Source of the DNA: a virus
Reading direction: 5' to 3' (one strand)
Virus record (IMG/VR): IMGVR_UViG_3300009093_000036
Location: 131,356-195,355 of that record
DNA: 64,000 bases
This document shows positions 63,670 through 64,000 of the stretch, one piece after another (position 1 is the stretch's first letter; the number at the start of each line of letters is the position of its first letter). A program made the position numbers and the translations under genes. The notes under the pieces were generated by a model, which saw only the letters and a list, made by a program, of their open reading frames with translations, was not told the DNA's origin and searched no databases.

Positions 63670-64000
63670 ATGAACAACGAAGAGTATCCCTCCGTCACGC
63701 TCGCCTATCCCGGCGCCGAAGACGTCAAGCTCTCCTTCGACCCGCTCGATCGGGACAGTAGCTGGGCGAAGCACATTCTCTTTCTCCCCTGGACGACGCC
63801 TTCGCGCATGCTCGGGTTCATCCATCCCGAGGCCGAGAAGGACATCGGCGTCAAGCCGTTCACGCTCTTCGGCACGTTCATCTACATGGGCTCCGTCGGC
63901 TTCGAGAAGGCGGACGCCGCAGGCCAGACGCGTGTCATGCAAGGCCCGAAGCTCGTCCTGCCCTACGACATGATCACCCCGCTCGACATCCACATCGGAG
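63670..64000 (+). CDS. hypothetical protein (runs off window end)
   Basis: Not in track; open frame MNNEEYPSVTLAYPG... to the end of the window. Confidence 0.6.
   Translation, partial: MNNEEYPSVTLAYPGAEDVKLSFDPLDRDSSWAKHILFLPWTTPSRMLGFIHPEAEKDIGVKPFTLFGTFIYMGSVGFEKADAAGQTRVMQGPKLVLPYDMITPLDIHIG

Noticed and set aside
1-64000. CRISPR array, tRNA/rRNA genes, IS/transposase, integrase, or a recoded stop codon
   Set aside because: No regularly spaced repeats, no cloverleaf/T-loop consensus in the few intergenic gaps, no transposase or integrase motifs; genes are intact in the standard code with TAG/TGA/TAA used as stops.

Overview
This 64-kb window is a gene-dense segment of a high-GC jumbo myovirus-like phage genome; no host housekeeping block, tRNA, rRNA or CRISPR array was seen. 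A minus-strand morphogenesis cluster encodes the portal, TerL, prohead protease, scaffold-like proteins, major capsid, neck proteins, a 1033-aa tail sheath, tail tube, baseplate spike and fibres. Inside this cluster sits a 2065-aa single-chain beta+beta' (RpoB-RpoC fusion) RNA polymerase. Plus-strand cassettes interrupt the cluster (gyrB; MoxR AAA + DUF2201 vWA + unknown gene; SF2 helicase), and a nucleotide/DNA-metabolism region lies at the left end (ThyX-like, dcd, DEDDh exonuclease). Main signals: (1) the compact fused RNAP; (2) two mutually exclusive promoter-like motifs, CTAT[C/A/G]AG about 23-30 nt upstream of non-structural genes and TANNNT-N6/7-start (leaderless) before structural genes and the RNAP, suggesting a virion-RNAP-early / host-RNAP-late program; (3) a K-x-[A/S] motif pervasive in head-associated proteins, suggesting processing of polyproteins that carry ferritin-like, InPase, DUF5661 and DUF6582-like domains; (4) a 71-nt G-free tract flanked by convergent GAGT[G/A]A repeats (candidate origin). 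All family assignments come from motif recognition, not database searches.
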